A stretch of DNA of 64,000 nucleotides from Camelus dromedarius (taxonomy: Eukaryota). Shown piece by piece: positions 11,590-25,135 of this stretch. The first letter of the stretch is position 1; every line of letters starts with the position of its first letter. A model generated the notes under the pieces. It saw only the letters and a program-made list of their open reading frames with translations. It did no database searches and was not told the DNA's origin. The stretch is from contig NC_087437.1 in the NCBI RefSeq assembly GCF_036321535.1, positions 117,678,001-117,742,000 of the forward strand, given 5' to 3'. The translations under genes were made by a program, and so were the position numbers.

Positions 11590-14500
11590 GTGCCAGCAGC
11601 CTGGGATTAATTAGCTCTGTGTCGCAGCCGGGCCCTGGCTGGTTCAATTCTCTGAGTAAGAGAGGGGAACTCTGTGGAGCAGAATACTGCACAGCAGCTC
11701 ACGGTGTGAGGGGAACTCGGACTCAAACGTCTCCAGAAGGGACCCGCTCTCCTCATTTTGCCGGCACCGCTGTTCTTGTTCTACGCCTGACGTCAGTCAT
11801 CAGAGTTTTCTCTCCTGTTTATCTCAGTGTATAAGGAATGGTGGCGTCCGAGTGAGCACAGAGGTCCCTCGGGGACCGACATGCTCTAACTGCAGATCTT
11901 CCGTGTCTGCATCTAGCAGGCGCCTCCATCCCCACGCTTAGGGCCCAAGCCATCCTGGTCCACCCTCGTCATGCTTGTCATCTCACATCCCTTCCTCTTT
12001 TATCTTAGCTCCTACCTTCTCCTTCGGATTCATCTGAAGTTGTGAGACACATTATAGTCAGGGAAACTCACTTCTGTGAGTTCACCTTTAAGAAAGCTGA
12101 GAGCTGGTGAGGTTGAAAGCACAGTGATGGGGTCTGGACGGCACAGGTGGCACCATGGGCCAGCAGTGAATGGCTTCTGGGGAGTGGGGGACGGAGTGGA
12201 CTGGGGTCACAGTGAAGCTCACGCCAGTTCCTTCTGGACGGCCGGCTCACGTCTGCTTGGTATCTGTCTCTGCCTGGGGGCTGTTATGCTCTCCTTTGGA
12301 AACCAGGAAACTGGGGCCCAGAGACGTTCAGTCATTTGCTGCAGCTGAGTGGGAAGTCATAGCGCATGTCTGTTGGTTCAATCTCTTTTTTAATCCACTA
12401 TCTCAAAGTCCTTTGTGGATTGAGTGCGATACACATCGTATCCGCAGGGACACCCAGAGGAGCAGGCGCCTCGTGCCAGGTGACTGAGGGACACAACCCG
12501 GGAGGGCACTGTCTCAGGTGGGGTCAGTCTGAAAGGATGGAAGCCTGCCCCCACCTTCAAGGGAGCATAAACTCTCCTGGGAAGAGTGCGCCACGGCACA
12601 GAATGAATGTGTGCTGGGATTTGGCCTTCCTTCAGGAAGCAAGGAGAGGGTCAGGTTGACTACAGGGGTGGTGGTGAATTGGGGATGGTCAAGTCTTTAA
12701 GGAGCCAAGGGGATGCAACTTGGCACCACCGGTCATAATCCAGAAGCTTTTACCAGGGCCAAGCGGGGAAGTCGAGGAAGGAGGGCAGAGTGGGCAGTGA
12801 TGAGTGGGTGTAAAACCAGCATTAATCAGACGGTCCAAGCGCCTGAATAGGGGGCGGGCAGGGACTTGTTGGCAGGGGGCAGGGAGCGGACGACATGATG
12901 GTAGACAGAGGGCATCTGCAAGAATCAGGGACCCACAGGCGTGGAGGGGACAGACAGACGGGCCGCGGGGAGTCCAGGGGAGTGGTGAGATTTGGGACGT
13001 GTGCGGCTGGCTGTATGGTAGCGCGAGGGGCAGACACAGGAGTCAAAGACATGGAAGCGGTGATTTGGGTGAAGGCGGAGGTGACTGGCTTCAAGCACCG
13101 TGAGTCCTCTAACATATTAATATAAAACGGCAACGTTAGGTGGAGCTGCTCAAGGCAGATTTGAAATCAAGTTTGGGAGCGAAGTCAGGGCTGAGGTGGG
13201 GCTTAGGGTCTTTCTCACACAGGGAGAGGGGAAGGAGAAGATGGAATTTCGGACTTGCTTCTGCTTAGGGGCGAGAAGATCTAGGACAAGTTAAGACGAT
13301 ATTTTCAGTCATGGAATCATAGTATCTTAAGAGCATGAAAGGCTTTTGAAATCAGCCTCTTAGTAAATGTCCGAATCCCCTTCACAGCATCTTGGACAGA
13401 TGTTAAGATGAGCTGGGGCTGTGGACACTCCAGGGAAGGGGCCGACACCCTTCCTGCAGGCACAGCGCCCCCTCTCACTCCCAGCACCGACCTGCCTACC
13501 ACGTCTGTTGACGGCTCCCAGCTGCACAGGGAGCAGGGCCTTCTGCTGTTTCCTCTCTCCTCAGTTCAGTTCTCACGGACTAGTCAGGACCTTCCCTGGC
13601 CTCCCCAGCTCCAGACGCCCAGCCCTCTGAGAGACACCCACACAGCAGGAGGGGTGATGGATCCGAAACACACCATCTGTGCTTTAAACCTCCCTGCCAA
13701 CAGGACTCCTCAGTGCAGACGACCAGCCTTCTGTGCTGGGCCCAGGCTGCCTTTCCAGCTCGGCGGCCTCCTGCTTCCGACCTCCAGCCGTCTCTCTGAG
13801 TTTCCTGCGCTTGCGTTCCCTGCCAAGATGCCCGTGGCTCTGCTCCTCCAAGGCCGTCCTCCGCCCACACCGCTCTGTGCAGACACGACTTGCTCCGCAC
13901 ACCTCCCCAAGCCCAGCAGGGGACGGGGGTGGTCTGGTTCCCTGGGCTCCTGAGGACCCCTGCGCCGCAGCGAGGATAGCCTTCCCGGCTCGCGTGGGGA
14001 CTCCCTGTTTTCATGCTGTCTCCCGTTGGCCCTTTTCTCTCTGTCTCCAGGCTCAGCCCAGTCCCTGGTACAGCAAAGCCACACGAAGTTTTTCCTGAGG
14101 ATACAATTCATTGTGAGAGACACTTGCCTTCTCTGGTGTTGAAATCCTGTAATGTAATATCTACCTGGAGGAAGTGGCAGCACCTCTGGAATGACTGAAA
14201 AGCCGCTCGAATATTTCCAAGCAGCTATCATGTCCACTGTTTGGCTTCAGCATTCTCTTTTCCAGGTTGAATTCTTTAATTTTCTCAACCATTCCTCAGA
14301 TGCATGATTTCCAGGTAACTCTCAACTTGGGACTCTCTTCTGTGAAAGACCTGTGATTTCTTATTGTCCTTTATTAAACGAGGCCAAGTGCAGAAACCAG
14401 AAATTTTTTGATGGTCTCTTTCCCCCGCACCAGTGAGAACACAATGCTCACTGTATGTTTTGTAAATGAATTTTTGCAACTTACACAGAAGACTTCACGA

Positions 14501-15324
14501 TTATCCATATTGAATTTTATCTCCTTGGGTCTGGGCTTCATCCTCTAACACGTTAGCCTTCCCACGTGGATTGGCGCCATTTCAAAAATAGGTTTAGCCC
14601 GCCCGTGTTTCAGCCCGGCACTGCGGCCAGGTACTGTCCTCAGCCAGCCCTGTCAAACTGGGTGCCGGTCCAGCTTCTGGTGTGCCCCTTTACTTCTCTG
14701 ACTGCTCACAAACTATCTTTTCTATAACCTAAACTAATTTATTTCAACCCGTAAGTTCTAGAATTTATTGTTTTCAAAAGTGGTATGGAGTACAACTGTT
14801 CTCTTAACAGCTCTGATGTGATTGTTCAAAGATAATCTACAAAGGTCTTTGGGATTATGTCTGGGAACATTTTGTTCAGAATCTTAAAACGTTATCTTTT
14901 TGGGTCTAGGGATGGGAGCCATGTGACCCCTTCCCCAATCATTCCAGTCAGAAAAAAAATCTTCCCCTTCGGTGGATTATCATGGCGTAGCCTGGTGCCC
15001 AGAGTTTCTACGTATCATTCAGAGCCTTTGTAATAGTTTGCTGTAAATATGGTTTGCCTCCCCTCATAGCAAAGGATTACAAATACTACTTTATGCAACA
15101 TCCTCTCTCCTCCCCTGATAATGCCCAGGATATAGTAGGTTTTGAAAGAATAAGTCAATTTAAATCATCAGGGGCTCTCACGCACTGTCCCATCCAGGCC
15201 CTCACTTGGCCTACGGACTTCTTACCCATGTTCCTGGTTTGCAGGTTCATTGGTTCCTCAGCCCGTGACAGCTGAGGAGCCATGTCAAGGGTGTGGAGGA
15301 ACTGTTGGAGTTGGAATGCTCCTG

Positions 15325-15435
15325 AGGGCCTGGCTTAGTGCTTGGCATTCTCTTAAACCTCAGAACAATGAGATTGGTACTTTCAGCCCCCATTTTACAG
15401 AGGTTGGAATGTACTGTTAAGGGATGGCCAAGACA
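15325..15435 (-). mobile_element. MIR relic
   Basis: ctcttaaacctcagaacaat...cccccattttacagagg. Confidence 0.5.
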
Positions 15436-15686
15436 GGGCAAGAGACGCAACAGCCGGAGGTCGGGAGGGGCCGGAGACCCGTGAAAGTAGCTTAGATCTG
15501 CCTTCACTTCACCTTGTACCTTGAGGGTTCCTATCACAACCCTGGGTCAGGAAGGGATTAATTTGGTTTATAATGTTTATATATTGTTTAGAATGTTTAA
15601 TGAGAGCAAGAAGTTAATAAAAATTTTGGTGCCAAAAAAAAAAAAAATCAGGGGTTCTCATTATTTTCTCAAGCAACCAACCTAAG

Positions 15687-15864
15687 TTTTCCTTTTTCCC
15701 TCCCCTTCCTTCCTTCCCTTCCTTCCTTCCCTTCCTCTCTTTCTTTCTCTTTCTTTCTTTTCCTTTCTTTCTCTCTCTCTCTCTCTCTTTCTTTTTCTTT
15801 CTTTCCTCCCTCCTTCCCTTCCTTCCTTCCTTCTTTCTTCCCTTCTTTCCTCCCTTCCTTCCCT
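15687..15864 (+). repeat. Uninterrupted 178-nt polypyrimidine tract, (TTCC)n/(TTTC)n/(TC)n
   Basis: No purine on the + strand between 15687 and 15864. Confidence 0.95.
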
Positions 15865-16329
15865 GCTTCTAGGTCCCCCTCCACTCTTCCTCTCGCTCTT
15901 CCTTTCTTTTTTTATGCTTCTTGTCCCACGTTTCCGGCTTGAAGAGCACCTCTCCGTGCACATCAAAGCAAAGCAGACGTGGAGTCTCTCTTCCTCCACC
16001 TGCCGTCTGCTAACGTGAGAACATCACCCCAAGCCCCCTTCTTCTTGCCCAGCACAGCTAAATGGCCTCTAGTGTTGCCTGTCACATTTTCCCCCATAAA
16101 TTTCGGCTCAGCCTGAGATTTAGACTTTGTGACACCTTTTCTAAAGCCCCCACTACTTCTGCGTCTCCACCCTTGGATTTGTGTTCTTCCCTGCATCTTT
16201 TGGGATGAGAAATGGTGGAGAACCACTACCAGGAAGTCTAGTGATACTGAAATGTGGAAGGGAGCAGTTTCAAAAAAATAACACGTGCTAACACTCTGTG
16301 CAAAAGAGGGCTAGAAAACGGTAACTGAA

Positions 16330-16520
16330 AGGAGAATTTGGGGATCAGAAAGTAATTGGTCATCTGCCTTTAGGAGAGCACTTTCGTTGGGATAGGAGGA
16401 GGAGAGTGAGACCGTGAGGATGTGGGAGCTGGTGAGAGGCAATGCAGCTGAGCATTGAAGACCCTTTGAAGAATCCAGTGGGGAAAAGAAGTGAAGAGAG
16501 GCAGTAGGTTGAAGATATGC
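16330..16520 (-). mobile_element. L2 relic
   Basis: Purine-rich ggtcatctgcctttaggagagcactttc...gaagagaggcagtag resembles antisense L2. Confidence 0.45.
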
Positions 16521-17844
16521 AAACAAGAAGGAATCCTAATTTTATTTTAATATAGGGGAGCCTGAGATGTAGTGAATATAAAGATAAAAGATAAATAAAC
16601 CAAATATTTTTGGTGGGCAAGAATAAAATTATAAAGTAACTATTGATTCTGTGTCAATACAGCTTCTGATTCCATGTTCCATTGATAGATCTTTTTAAGC
16701 TAGCTTAGTGTGGATGGGACAGACTAGTTCTTTCTTGAATGTTCCAAAGCTGAAGAAGTTTCATGGAGAGAGAACAGGGGTGGACAACAGTGTTCTCAGT
16801 TCTGCTGGCTCTTCCCTGACTGAGCTGTGATTTTTGGATACGTTCCCTTCAGTCTTCTTGTCAGAAAAGTAGAGCATAATAATATTAAGTTCATTTGCAC
16901 CTATTCACATAGCTACTTAGAGACTAAAACAGGATCGCGTATGGCAAAGAGTTACGGAACAGGAAGAAGAGAGAAAGCATGGAAGATGGCAGCTCTCTGT
17001 CGATTAAAACGTGGCTCGGCCAGTTCTGGGGACGAGGCGCCCGAGTGGGGCGAGGAGCGCCCCTGGTCCGGCCCGTGTGCTCTGCGGGTGGGCCACCGCT
17101 CCTCTGGGGTCTGCACGTGGCACGGAGGTTCTTACTAACAAGGCACTGCGCTTGTGCCAGTCCTGAGAGTCTGAGCTGCCCCCTATTTCACAAGCCCACA
17201 CATTTCTTTAAAAAAGAGACTCTCACTCATAGCCACTACACTTCCGTCTCCCAAGTTCTACGTACGTAAAACGGAAGCTGCGGAGGTGCGCACCTGTAGC
17301 GGGAAGTCACCGGTGCACACTCACAAAAACGCAGCATCAATCTGGGGACAGCAGGTTCCACCCTGCTTTACCATCTCTTGAACGCGCTTATTAGCAAGGT
17401 GCCTCGCAATATTCCCTGCCTTCCCGTGGAACTGAAAGGGTCTCTTAAAGTCACTATTTCACGAGGGCTAAAAACACACACTCACACTTCTACGGGACCA
17501 CACACAGGACTTCCGGCCATCAGCATGCTCAAGTGAGAGCTGACTCCAAAAACACAGCAAACCATACGTGCCCCAGAGACCACCACGTGGACTTGCAACC
17601 TCAGAAACCTGCGTGCACAAACACGGATAAAACAGAACCCCTGGGCGGGGCCGAGCGCCAGGGCCGACGTCAGCTCCCTCCCTCCTGCCGGCCCACTGGC
17701 TGTCCTAGCTCCGTGGCTTGGCCCAGCCGAAGTCCCACTGCTTCTCTGCGTCCGCGTCTCAGAAACAGAAACTCTTTCCCCAGTTAGTTCTGCCCTAACA
17801 CATTTGGAGTACTGAAAGGATAATTTTATTAAGAAATTAAGGTC

Positions 17845-17912
17845 AAAAGAAAAAAAAAAAAAAGAAAGGAAGGAAGGAAGGAAGAAAGAAAGGGAGGGAG
17901 GAAGGAAGGAAA
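17845..17912 (+). repeat. Polypurine A/(GGAA)n tract
   Basis: 68 nt with no pyrimidine on the + strand. Confidence 0.95.
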
Positions 17913-20900
17913 CAGCTGAGAACTAAAGTTTCAGAGTCCAGGCTTCCAAGCCCACCTAAGCCACAATTTGGACATTAATCAGCCCGGCATGGAGGCTCTC
18001 GGGTGCTCACTCCCTCCTCGTCACTCAGGAACACTGGGGACCCTCTGCACACACAGGAGATCAAAGCATCAGTGCCAAGGCCACTTTTATTTGTCTACCT
18101 TGAGTCCAAGCACCTTGGGGCTCCAAGATGCACACCCCTCTTCCTTTGGATTATTCAAGTTCAAGCTAACGTTTGGTCTTACGGATGAGGAGAGATCTAG
18201 TGCATTTGCAGAGCAGATAAATGGAATATGAGAACTCGGAAAGTGAAGACGACCCCTCGTGACCCACCCCTTAAACGGTGCCCACGTAGGACCGTAAGGC
18301 CAGATTCTCTCTGGGAACGGCCTTCTGGGACTGATCAGCGGCATAACTTGCATCCATTTCAGAGCCTCTTTAAAATAATCCGTATGTTTCTGTCTAAGGG
18401 GAGAAGAGCATTTTGCCTCTGAAACATGCTCAAATTTCATGTCCTCTACTGATTTTTGTCTTTAGCTTATTTGATACCCTGGGAGCAGCTTTTCGGTTTG
18501 GCTTTGACAGTTACCCATACCGGTTGGTGCCAACATAAAATTTTACCTCTTGGGTAAACTCACACTAAAGGAAGAAGCTTTTTGTGATCCTGGAATTGAC
18601 TACTGACACGGGAATCACATTTTTATAAGCTTGAGGCTGCTGGGATGGTGGGCCCAGTCAGTGACTCATTCTGCAACCATGCGCTTTGAGGGACCTAGAG
18701 GTGGGGAAAAATCAGGGCATCATTAAAAGCACAATGTGTGGCTTCTGAACTCCCGGGTAAGGTTACAGGTTTTTTTTTTTTTTTTTTAAATGTAGCACTT
18801 GAAGACAATTTAGACCTTAGGAGGTCGCTATGCTCTAAAATTAGTAAAGCGCTCAGGAAGGAAGAATATAGGTTGACTAAATTGCTTCAGTCCCATTTTT
18901 CTTTCTTTCCTTAAAAAATTTTTTTTTTACATAAAAGAACGTTCTGGTGCATTCATCTAACTAGGCTGCTCGTCTATACAGTGAAACAAACGCTGCTTAT
19001 AAGCACCGAGTACTGACTAGCAATCAAACAAGGTCAACAATGTGAAGCTGACCTTACGGTGTTTATTAGAGACCCCTGCAGTATTACTCAAATTTTCTTA
19101 TTTCCAGTTTTGATCCTGATCCGTGGTTGCTCAGGCAACACTGACAGATTATTAGAAATGTCCTTATTTTGCACAGTAAAATACCGTAGGAAGCAACTCT
19201 TTCCGTGGAATGTGTAAATATACTTGAACTCATTCTAACCCAGGGAGAGGATCTGCACCTTACGTGGGTCAGGCAGTAACTGGGTGACCGTACTAGCGAA
19301 TTCTGTCTAATAGGTAGGCACTTACCACCTTAACCTCTGTGGCTGGATCTTTCCACAAGCAAATGGGAAATATCTTGTGTCACTAATTAACATCACATTT
19401 CAAGGGCCCTGCAGGCCCAAAAGACAAAGATCTTTTGGGGGCAAGGCCTGGCCTCTCAGATTCCCTCTTCATAACCCTGGTCACGTGCTCTGCCCTTTTA
19501 CGACACAATTTTCAGCGTTATAAAAAGATGAGCCTGCCCCTTGTAAGCCCCTGCTGGCTGCCACTAGGACGTCCGTTTCCATAGCTCTGGGACAGGGCCT
19601 TAGGAAGCTTTTTTCTCTCCAGGACCTAGCCAAACTCTAGTGACCAAATAGAAATGTTAATAAGAAAACTTTACTGTTGGTTTTAAGAAATGTTCTGCCT
19701 GGTACCTGGGAGAGAATCAACAACGGTTTGCTGAGTTGAATATTTCAGTGCCTCCACAATAAAACCTGCCATCAGGAGAGGACGGGATTAGGCACCCAGT
19801 CCTTTGCATTCGTGCTGCCCTCTCATCAGATTCAAGCTTTTCTTCAGCCCGTACAGCATGCCAGACTGCAGATACCTCTGTGCATGTGAGCTGCTTCTCT
19901 GGAATTCTCTGCTCCTCAGCACCTCCCAGGAATACATCTTCTTTGCCTCAGCACTGATTTCCTTCCCACTGAAACCTTTGTGTTGGCTCTCTTTTCCAGC
20001 ACAAAGAAAACAAAACCATTTCTGGGGAATGAAAGGCTGTTCCCTGTGATGTGACGAAGGGCTTTCTTTACCAAGACCAGTCACAAAATACTAGTGTCTA
20101 ACAGAAGAGATGCCAACAATAAAAATGCCAGGTCTAGGATGTTTTCTGGACAGAGCCTTTGCAAAGCAATAACTAAATTACAAGGGACCTTTAAGAACCA
20201 AAAGAAAGGACTCCCAGCCTCCATCAGCCTAACTCGAATGCACCTGGAAGAGTCAGCAACATCTTTAGCATCTTTTCCTCAACTCTTGGCAAAGAAGAGT
20301 GAGGTTGGCGTGCTTAAGTCATAAGTAGACTAGAAACACAAAACAATATAAATGCTACCAGAACAGACGGCCTTGGTACCTCAATGACAGTGTCCCCAAA
20401 GCCCGACTACGGGATTCTGTTTTTGGTGAAAGAGGGGTTACAAAAAGGTCCTTTTAGTATTTTAATGATGAAGCCTTGTGAATGGAATCCAGCACAGCTC
20501 ACCTGATACTGAATTTCTCAATAGGTTAGGCAACATTATGTTTTTGTAGTGCTGTTTTCTGTAGCTCTTGAGTGGCCGCCCCTGCTCTCCCCAGCTGGGG
20601 TTCACCACCTCCTCTGTGGTGCTGACGGAGGATTGTTTGGAGCCCATTTTAGCCTTTGTGGCATTTTGGCTCTTTTTCTGGTCCATGCTTGTGTGTCTGC
20701 CTCCTACACTAAACCTCAAGTGTAGAAGGCTCTGTCTTTTCATCTTGTGCATGGAGCACCCAGCACAGTGCTTAGGGCATCGGATTCACTCAAGTGAATC
20801 TGCTAAATTAAAAGGTAAGTGGATAACATGATCGAGAAAGGATATTTCAGTAAGACCGATAGCTCATCTGAATGACTGGGCCGCAGAAGATTTAAACGAA

Positions 20901-21763
20901 AGGACTACTGAAGTGTGCAGGTGGAGTGCGACGCACTTCAATTGTTTTAATTTGTTGGCAAAGTGGAAGCCAATTGACAATAAAACGTGTTAGAGTCCCA
21001 TCAAGCGGAGAGCTCGGGAGGCGCGAGGCGGGTGAGAGCAGCCCCGTGCTCCGCTGCGCTACCTGGACCAGGGTCCCATCCGGTATTTACATCTACACCA
21101 GAGGCTAGTGGTTCCCAAATCCACCAGCCAGCCTTCGGGCCATCGCAGGGGGCCTTTAAAGAGAGCGCTTCCAGACTTGCTCCGCAAATGCCACTTTGAA
21201 GGCTACACGGGACGTCTCATACTCCAGGCTGCATGGATATAAACATGCAAACAGCTCAGACATGCATGTTACCAAGAAGTGGCTTGGTTAAATACTCTGA
21301 CAGGTAAAGAGGAGAACTCAGAACACTGTCTTGTGCAGGGTGTTGTATGTGAAGGAACTCACAGTCCTGACATTGCAGCCCAAGGGCAAGCAGGGCTGTT
21401 GGCCAGAAGCTGGAAGTCGCCCCGATGCGCAGAATCTGCAGTAATGATGGTGCCGCTGACAACGGCTCTCATCCAGCCTAAGGGCTCAGCTCCCATCATT
21501 TCTTATCTTAGTTAAAGCAAAACTTTTACACTGGGCTTCGGCTCAAATGTCTAGCTCAGCAGTGTCTGCTTTCTGCTTCCCAGTGCTTTCCCAGTACCCT
21601 AAGCCCTCAATTTCCGCTTCCCAGTCATAAAAGCATTCTCATTCCGGCTCATTTCCAGGGCCAGTCTGACGGGTCTCTTTACAGGAGGCCGTCACGGGCG
21701 GCCCTGCGGCAGCAGCTGGAAGTGACAGTGGGACTGGTAAACCATGTGGAGACAATCCTCTTT

Positions 21764-21923
21764 GGGGGGCAGGTAGAGCACTCAGTGGTAGAGCACATGC
21801 TTAGCATGCACAAGGTCATAGGTTCAATCCCCAGTACCTCCGTTAAACAAAAAACAAACAAAAAAACTAATAAATAAGTAAAACCAATTACCTCCCCCCC
21901 CCAACAAAACAAAGCAAAGCAAA
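21764..21923 (+). mobile_element. tRNA-Ala-derived SINE (camelid Vic-1 type), antisense to DSCAM
   Basis: A-box-like ctcagtggtagagc, ttagcat anticodon-like loop, B-box ggttcaatccc, then an A-rich linker, aattacctccccc and an A-rich tail. Confidence 0.9.
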
Positions 21924-22150
21924 ATTCTCTCTGCCTGCCCTGCTGACGGCTAGGACGCAGAAGACTTGAAAGAGGGGGACTATCGCTCGGTTTCTGAGTA
22001 GCTGCATTGATCTGAATTGCCCATGAGCCTCTGCGGTCCTGCTGAAGGCACATCACATGGGCAGGCAGTGGGGGGGCCTGGCCTGGAGAAGGAAGGTCAT
22101 TCCGCTGGGGGTTAGGACCCTCCCAGCTGGCAGCGCGAGCCTGGACTCAC

Positions 22151-22327
22151 CTCTCAGTCTCTTTAGCCTCTGCTCCCGCCTCCTTCTCCGAACTACCAGC
22201 AGAAGCACGGACAGCAGCAGGGCCCCCACCAAGATACAGGAGATGGTCACCAGCATCTTGAGCCCCTCGTTGGTCGTCAGCCCTTCATCGCTTTGGACAA
22301 CTGACTTAATGAGTGGGGGGATTGTAC
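22151..22327 (-). CDS. DSCAM: DSCAM exon ~27 (transmembrane helix and basic juxtamembrane stretch), 177 nt, phase 1-1
   Basis: ctttcag|GT ACA ATC ... CTG AGA G|gtgagt; encodes [59 protein letters not shown]. Confidence 0.97.
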
Positions 22328-25052
22328 CTGAAAGCAGGGTCATGATGTTAGGTGGCCGTTAATGACGTCAGGATGGCGGGTTACAAGAACGCCCGTGTGA
22401 TCCGAGGGCGTCCGCAGTGATGAGCGATGAGAGGGACTCTTCCTCTGGGTCCTCCCTAATTTCTTGCCTTGCTCACTCGTCTCCTGTCTGTCCTACTTCA
22501 GACTTGCTCTCTGGAACATAAGACCAGGATCTACACCAAGGGCAAAGCCCACTTCTTTGAAAGGGACCTCACTGTGCAACGTACTGCTGGGTGCAGACAC
22601 TGGAAAACATGATGTCCAGGCCGGGCGCTTAAAAAAGCCACACGCATTTGCCTGGAATTGAGTGTCACCCAGAGCACAATTGGGAGAGGCAGTTTGAAAA
22701 ACTGCACATCAGAGCAGGGACAAAAGGTTTGGCAAGTGGACAGAAGGGAGTCTGCGGGGAGGCTGTACCAGATACGCTGGCTTAAAGGAGCTTAAAATCC
22801 TGGCTTTTTCATCACAGGTGTGACACCAAATCTACTTTTAAAACTCTCATTTCAGGGTATAAAAGCAAAGCCAACTTTTCAAAGGGGAGCCATCCAGGTC
22901 TCTAAAGCAAGCTACTTATGACCATATAATGCCATGAAATTCAGATTATTCAGAATTACAAGGAAACACCTAAGCAGACTGAACTCTAAGCTGTTTTAAG
23001 TTGCCTTCTGCACAGAGGCTGGAGGAGAGACAAACACAGGCATCCTTTTCTTCACGGGGCTTGTGTGGGGCCCACTGTTATGTAAGATGGTCCCGCCCAC
23101 TGTATTCTCCATGATTTAGGGAAAATAATGCAATTTCCTTCAGAGGAAAATGGTTAGTACCCTTCATTTACTGACTAGAGCAGGGACAACAGACCACCAG
23201 GCCCCTCTGCCATCTGCTAAGGCCAAGAAGAACATTCTTCCAACTTTACACATAGTGTTTTTCACTAGAAACCCAAGTCCGCAAATGCTCAGAACCCAGG
23301 TGAGAGGCACGTAAGGGGACGCAGGCGAGGAGGGGTCTGCAAATCCAAGACCTACACAGGACAAGTGGAAGCGTTTGGCTAAGGAAATGGGGCAAGAAAG
23401 AGTCAGACAAAGACATGGAAGAATCTGAAATGTGACTGGTAGAGGTACAAGGCTCATTCTCAATGTTTGTTTTTCCCAAAATGGAAAAAAAAAATTCTTC
23501 AGGCAGATGTAACAAAAGGGATATTAAAGCTATATCATCCACAAAATTAGTTCAAAGAAATATCTAATATTTTTCAAGGAAACAGAACCAAGTATTCTAA
23601 TGTTTAGGGTAATAAAATCATTTCAGATTTCAGGACATTTTCAGTGTAGCTCCCAGGACTTTTTCCTGATTATAATCTATGATCTTGGGTAAAGTGAGAG
23701 CATTTTTTCTAGAAGACAAATATTTAAACCCTGCAGCGCACTTTGTAAGTCAGAACGACAGTTTCAAATTTTGCACATGAGCGGTTTCTAATTAAACAGT
23801 TAGCCGTGAACATATCACTGACATGCACCTTGAAGCTGAATGCACCGGCACCACACAGATTACGGAGAAGCTGAGCGCCAGGGTGCGACGCTCCGGAGGC
23901 AGTTAACAGAAGTCAATAGCCTGCAGTGAGCAATGTACTTACTGCCCAGACGTGGACCCTGTTAGCAAAGGACTTTGGGGAGCCCTTCAATGCTAGATAA
24001 AATGTTCGGTCTGTGTCAAAGTCCTTTATGTTGGAAGATCAAAGAATGAAACTGCGTTGGGGTGGAAAGTAATTTAGCTGCGCTGCTCTGCAGTGGGTGA
24101 CGCTCTGCTATGAGACATCTCTGAATGAATTCACTTGCGACTGAGGCTGGAAGGTTAGGGAGGGCGGCCCTCAGGGAGCAAACTCCTGAGGAGGGGCTGG
24201 GCCGGCCGCCCCAGGACTGTGGGACAGACGCGCCTTAGGGGCCAGGGCGGGGGGCTGGTGTCACCAGCACGAGGGGGCTCCGTCCTCAGAACCTTCCTGC
24301 ATTCATGGGGCCTGGCCTGAGATGCTGGAGGCAACCCTGGGCTCTGGCTGAGACGGGCTTTGTCAGGGGATAACCTTGGGCAGAGATTCAGGGGTGGGTT
24401 TGCACAGGGTGCAGGTGGGAAGAACAGGCCAGGCCAGGAGAAAACGGCCAAGTGAGGAGCTGAGTCCACACCACCTCGTGAGCTTCCTCGGGTCGTGTCT
24501 GAGAGTCCTTGGCTTTATGGACACTCTTTTCTTAGGACAGTATAACCTGCATTTCAAGGAAGTTCCTGCCGGAGCTTTAATTAAATCCCAAGTGCACATA
24601 AGCAGAGAAGGTGTAGCGGTGAGCAGATATGGGGGAGTTTGCTCAGGTTCTGGCTTTCTGGGGAAGTCTTCCAACACCTGGTCCGACCTGATCAGAGGGG
24701 ACGGGACAGAGGCTCCGAGGGGACCTCCAATCTGATGAACTGAGGCCGGTTGTACCCTGTGGTCACAGCACCTAGTCAGCCTCTGCCTTTCCTGAGTGAG
24801 GATCATGGCGAGGCTTGCAGAGATCTGCAGCGAGGTGCTGCTGGGCAGGACTTTCTCACGTTCCCCACCACGTGGTGGTCAAGGGCACCCCACCTTTTAG
24901 CTTCACTGGGCTTGGCATTTTTCAGACATTAATAAATGGTCCTTGATAGCAGCCGTAGGAAAAAAAGGCTAAAAATCTGTGTCACTTATTTTCAGTTAAC
25001 TAAATGTCACGAGACACCTCACCTGATTTTCAGAAGGCCCATGCAAACTGCC

Positions 25053-25135
25053 TGTGTGCACGTGAGTGTGCGTGTATATGTGTGCTCGCGTGTGCATGTT
25101 TGCACGTGTGCGTGCGTGTGTGTGTGTGCGTGTGC
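25053..25135 (+). repeat. Imperfect (TG/CG)n alternating purine-pyrimidine tract
   Basis: tgtgtgcacgtgagtgtgcgtgtatatgtgtgctcgcgtgtgcatg...gtgcgtgtgc. Confidence 0.9.

Noticed and set aside
13408..14237. Overlapping 144-181-aa ORFs on both strands
   Set aside because: GC-rich intron with Pro/Ala/Arg/Gly-biased translations and no family resemblance.
15669..15999. Lys/Glu/Arg-rich ORFs
   Set aside because: They are translations of the polypurine strand of the simple repeat.
20783..20800. Inverted repeat gattcact-ca-agtgaatc
   Set aside because: An 8-bp stem is expected by chance in 64 kb, and it lies in a probable L2 tail.
21764..21842. Apparent tRNA-Ala(AGC) gene (also the copies at 27640-27720 and 43200-43279)
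   Set aside because: The stems are degraded and the copies carry a shared SINE linker and A-rich tail, and one has a TSD. These are SINE heads, not tRNA genes.
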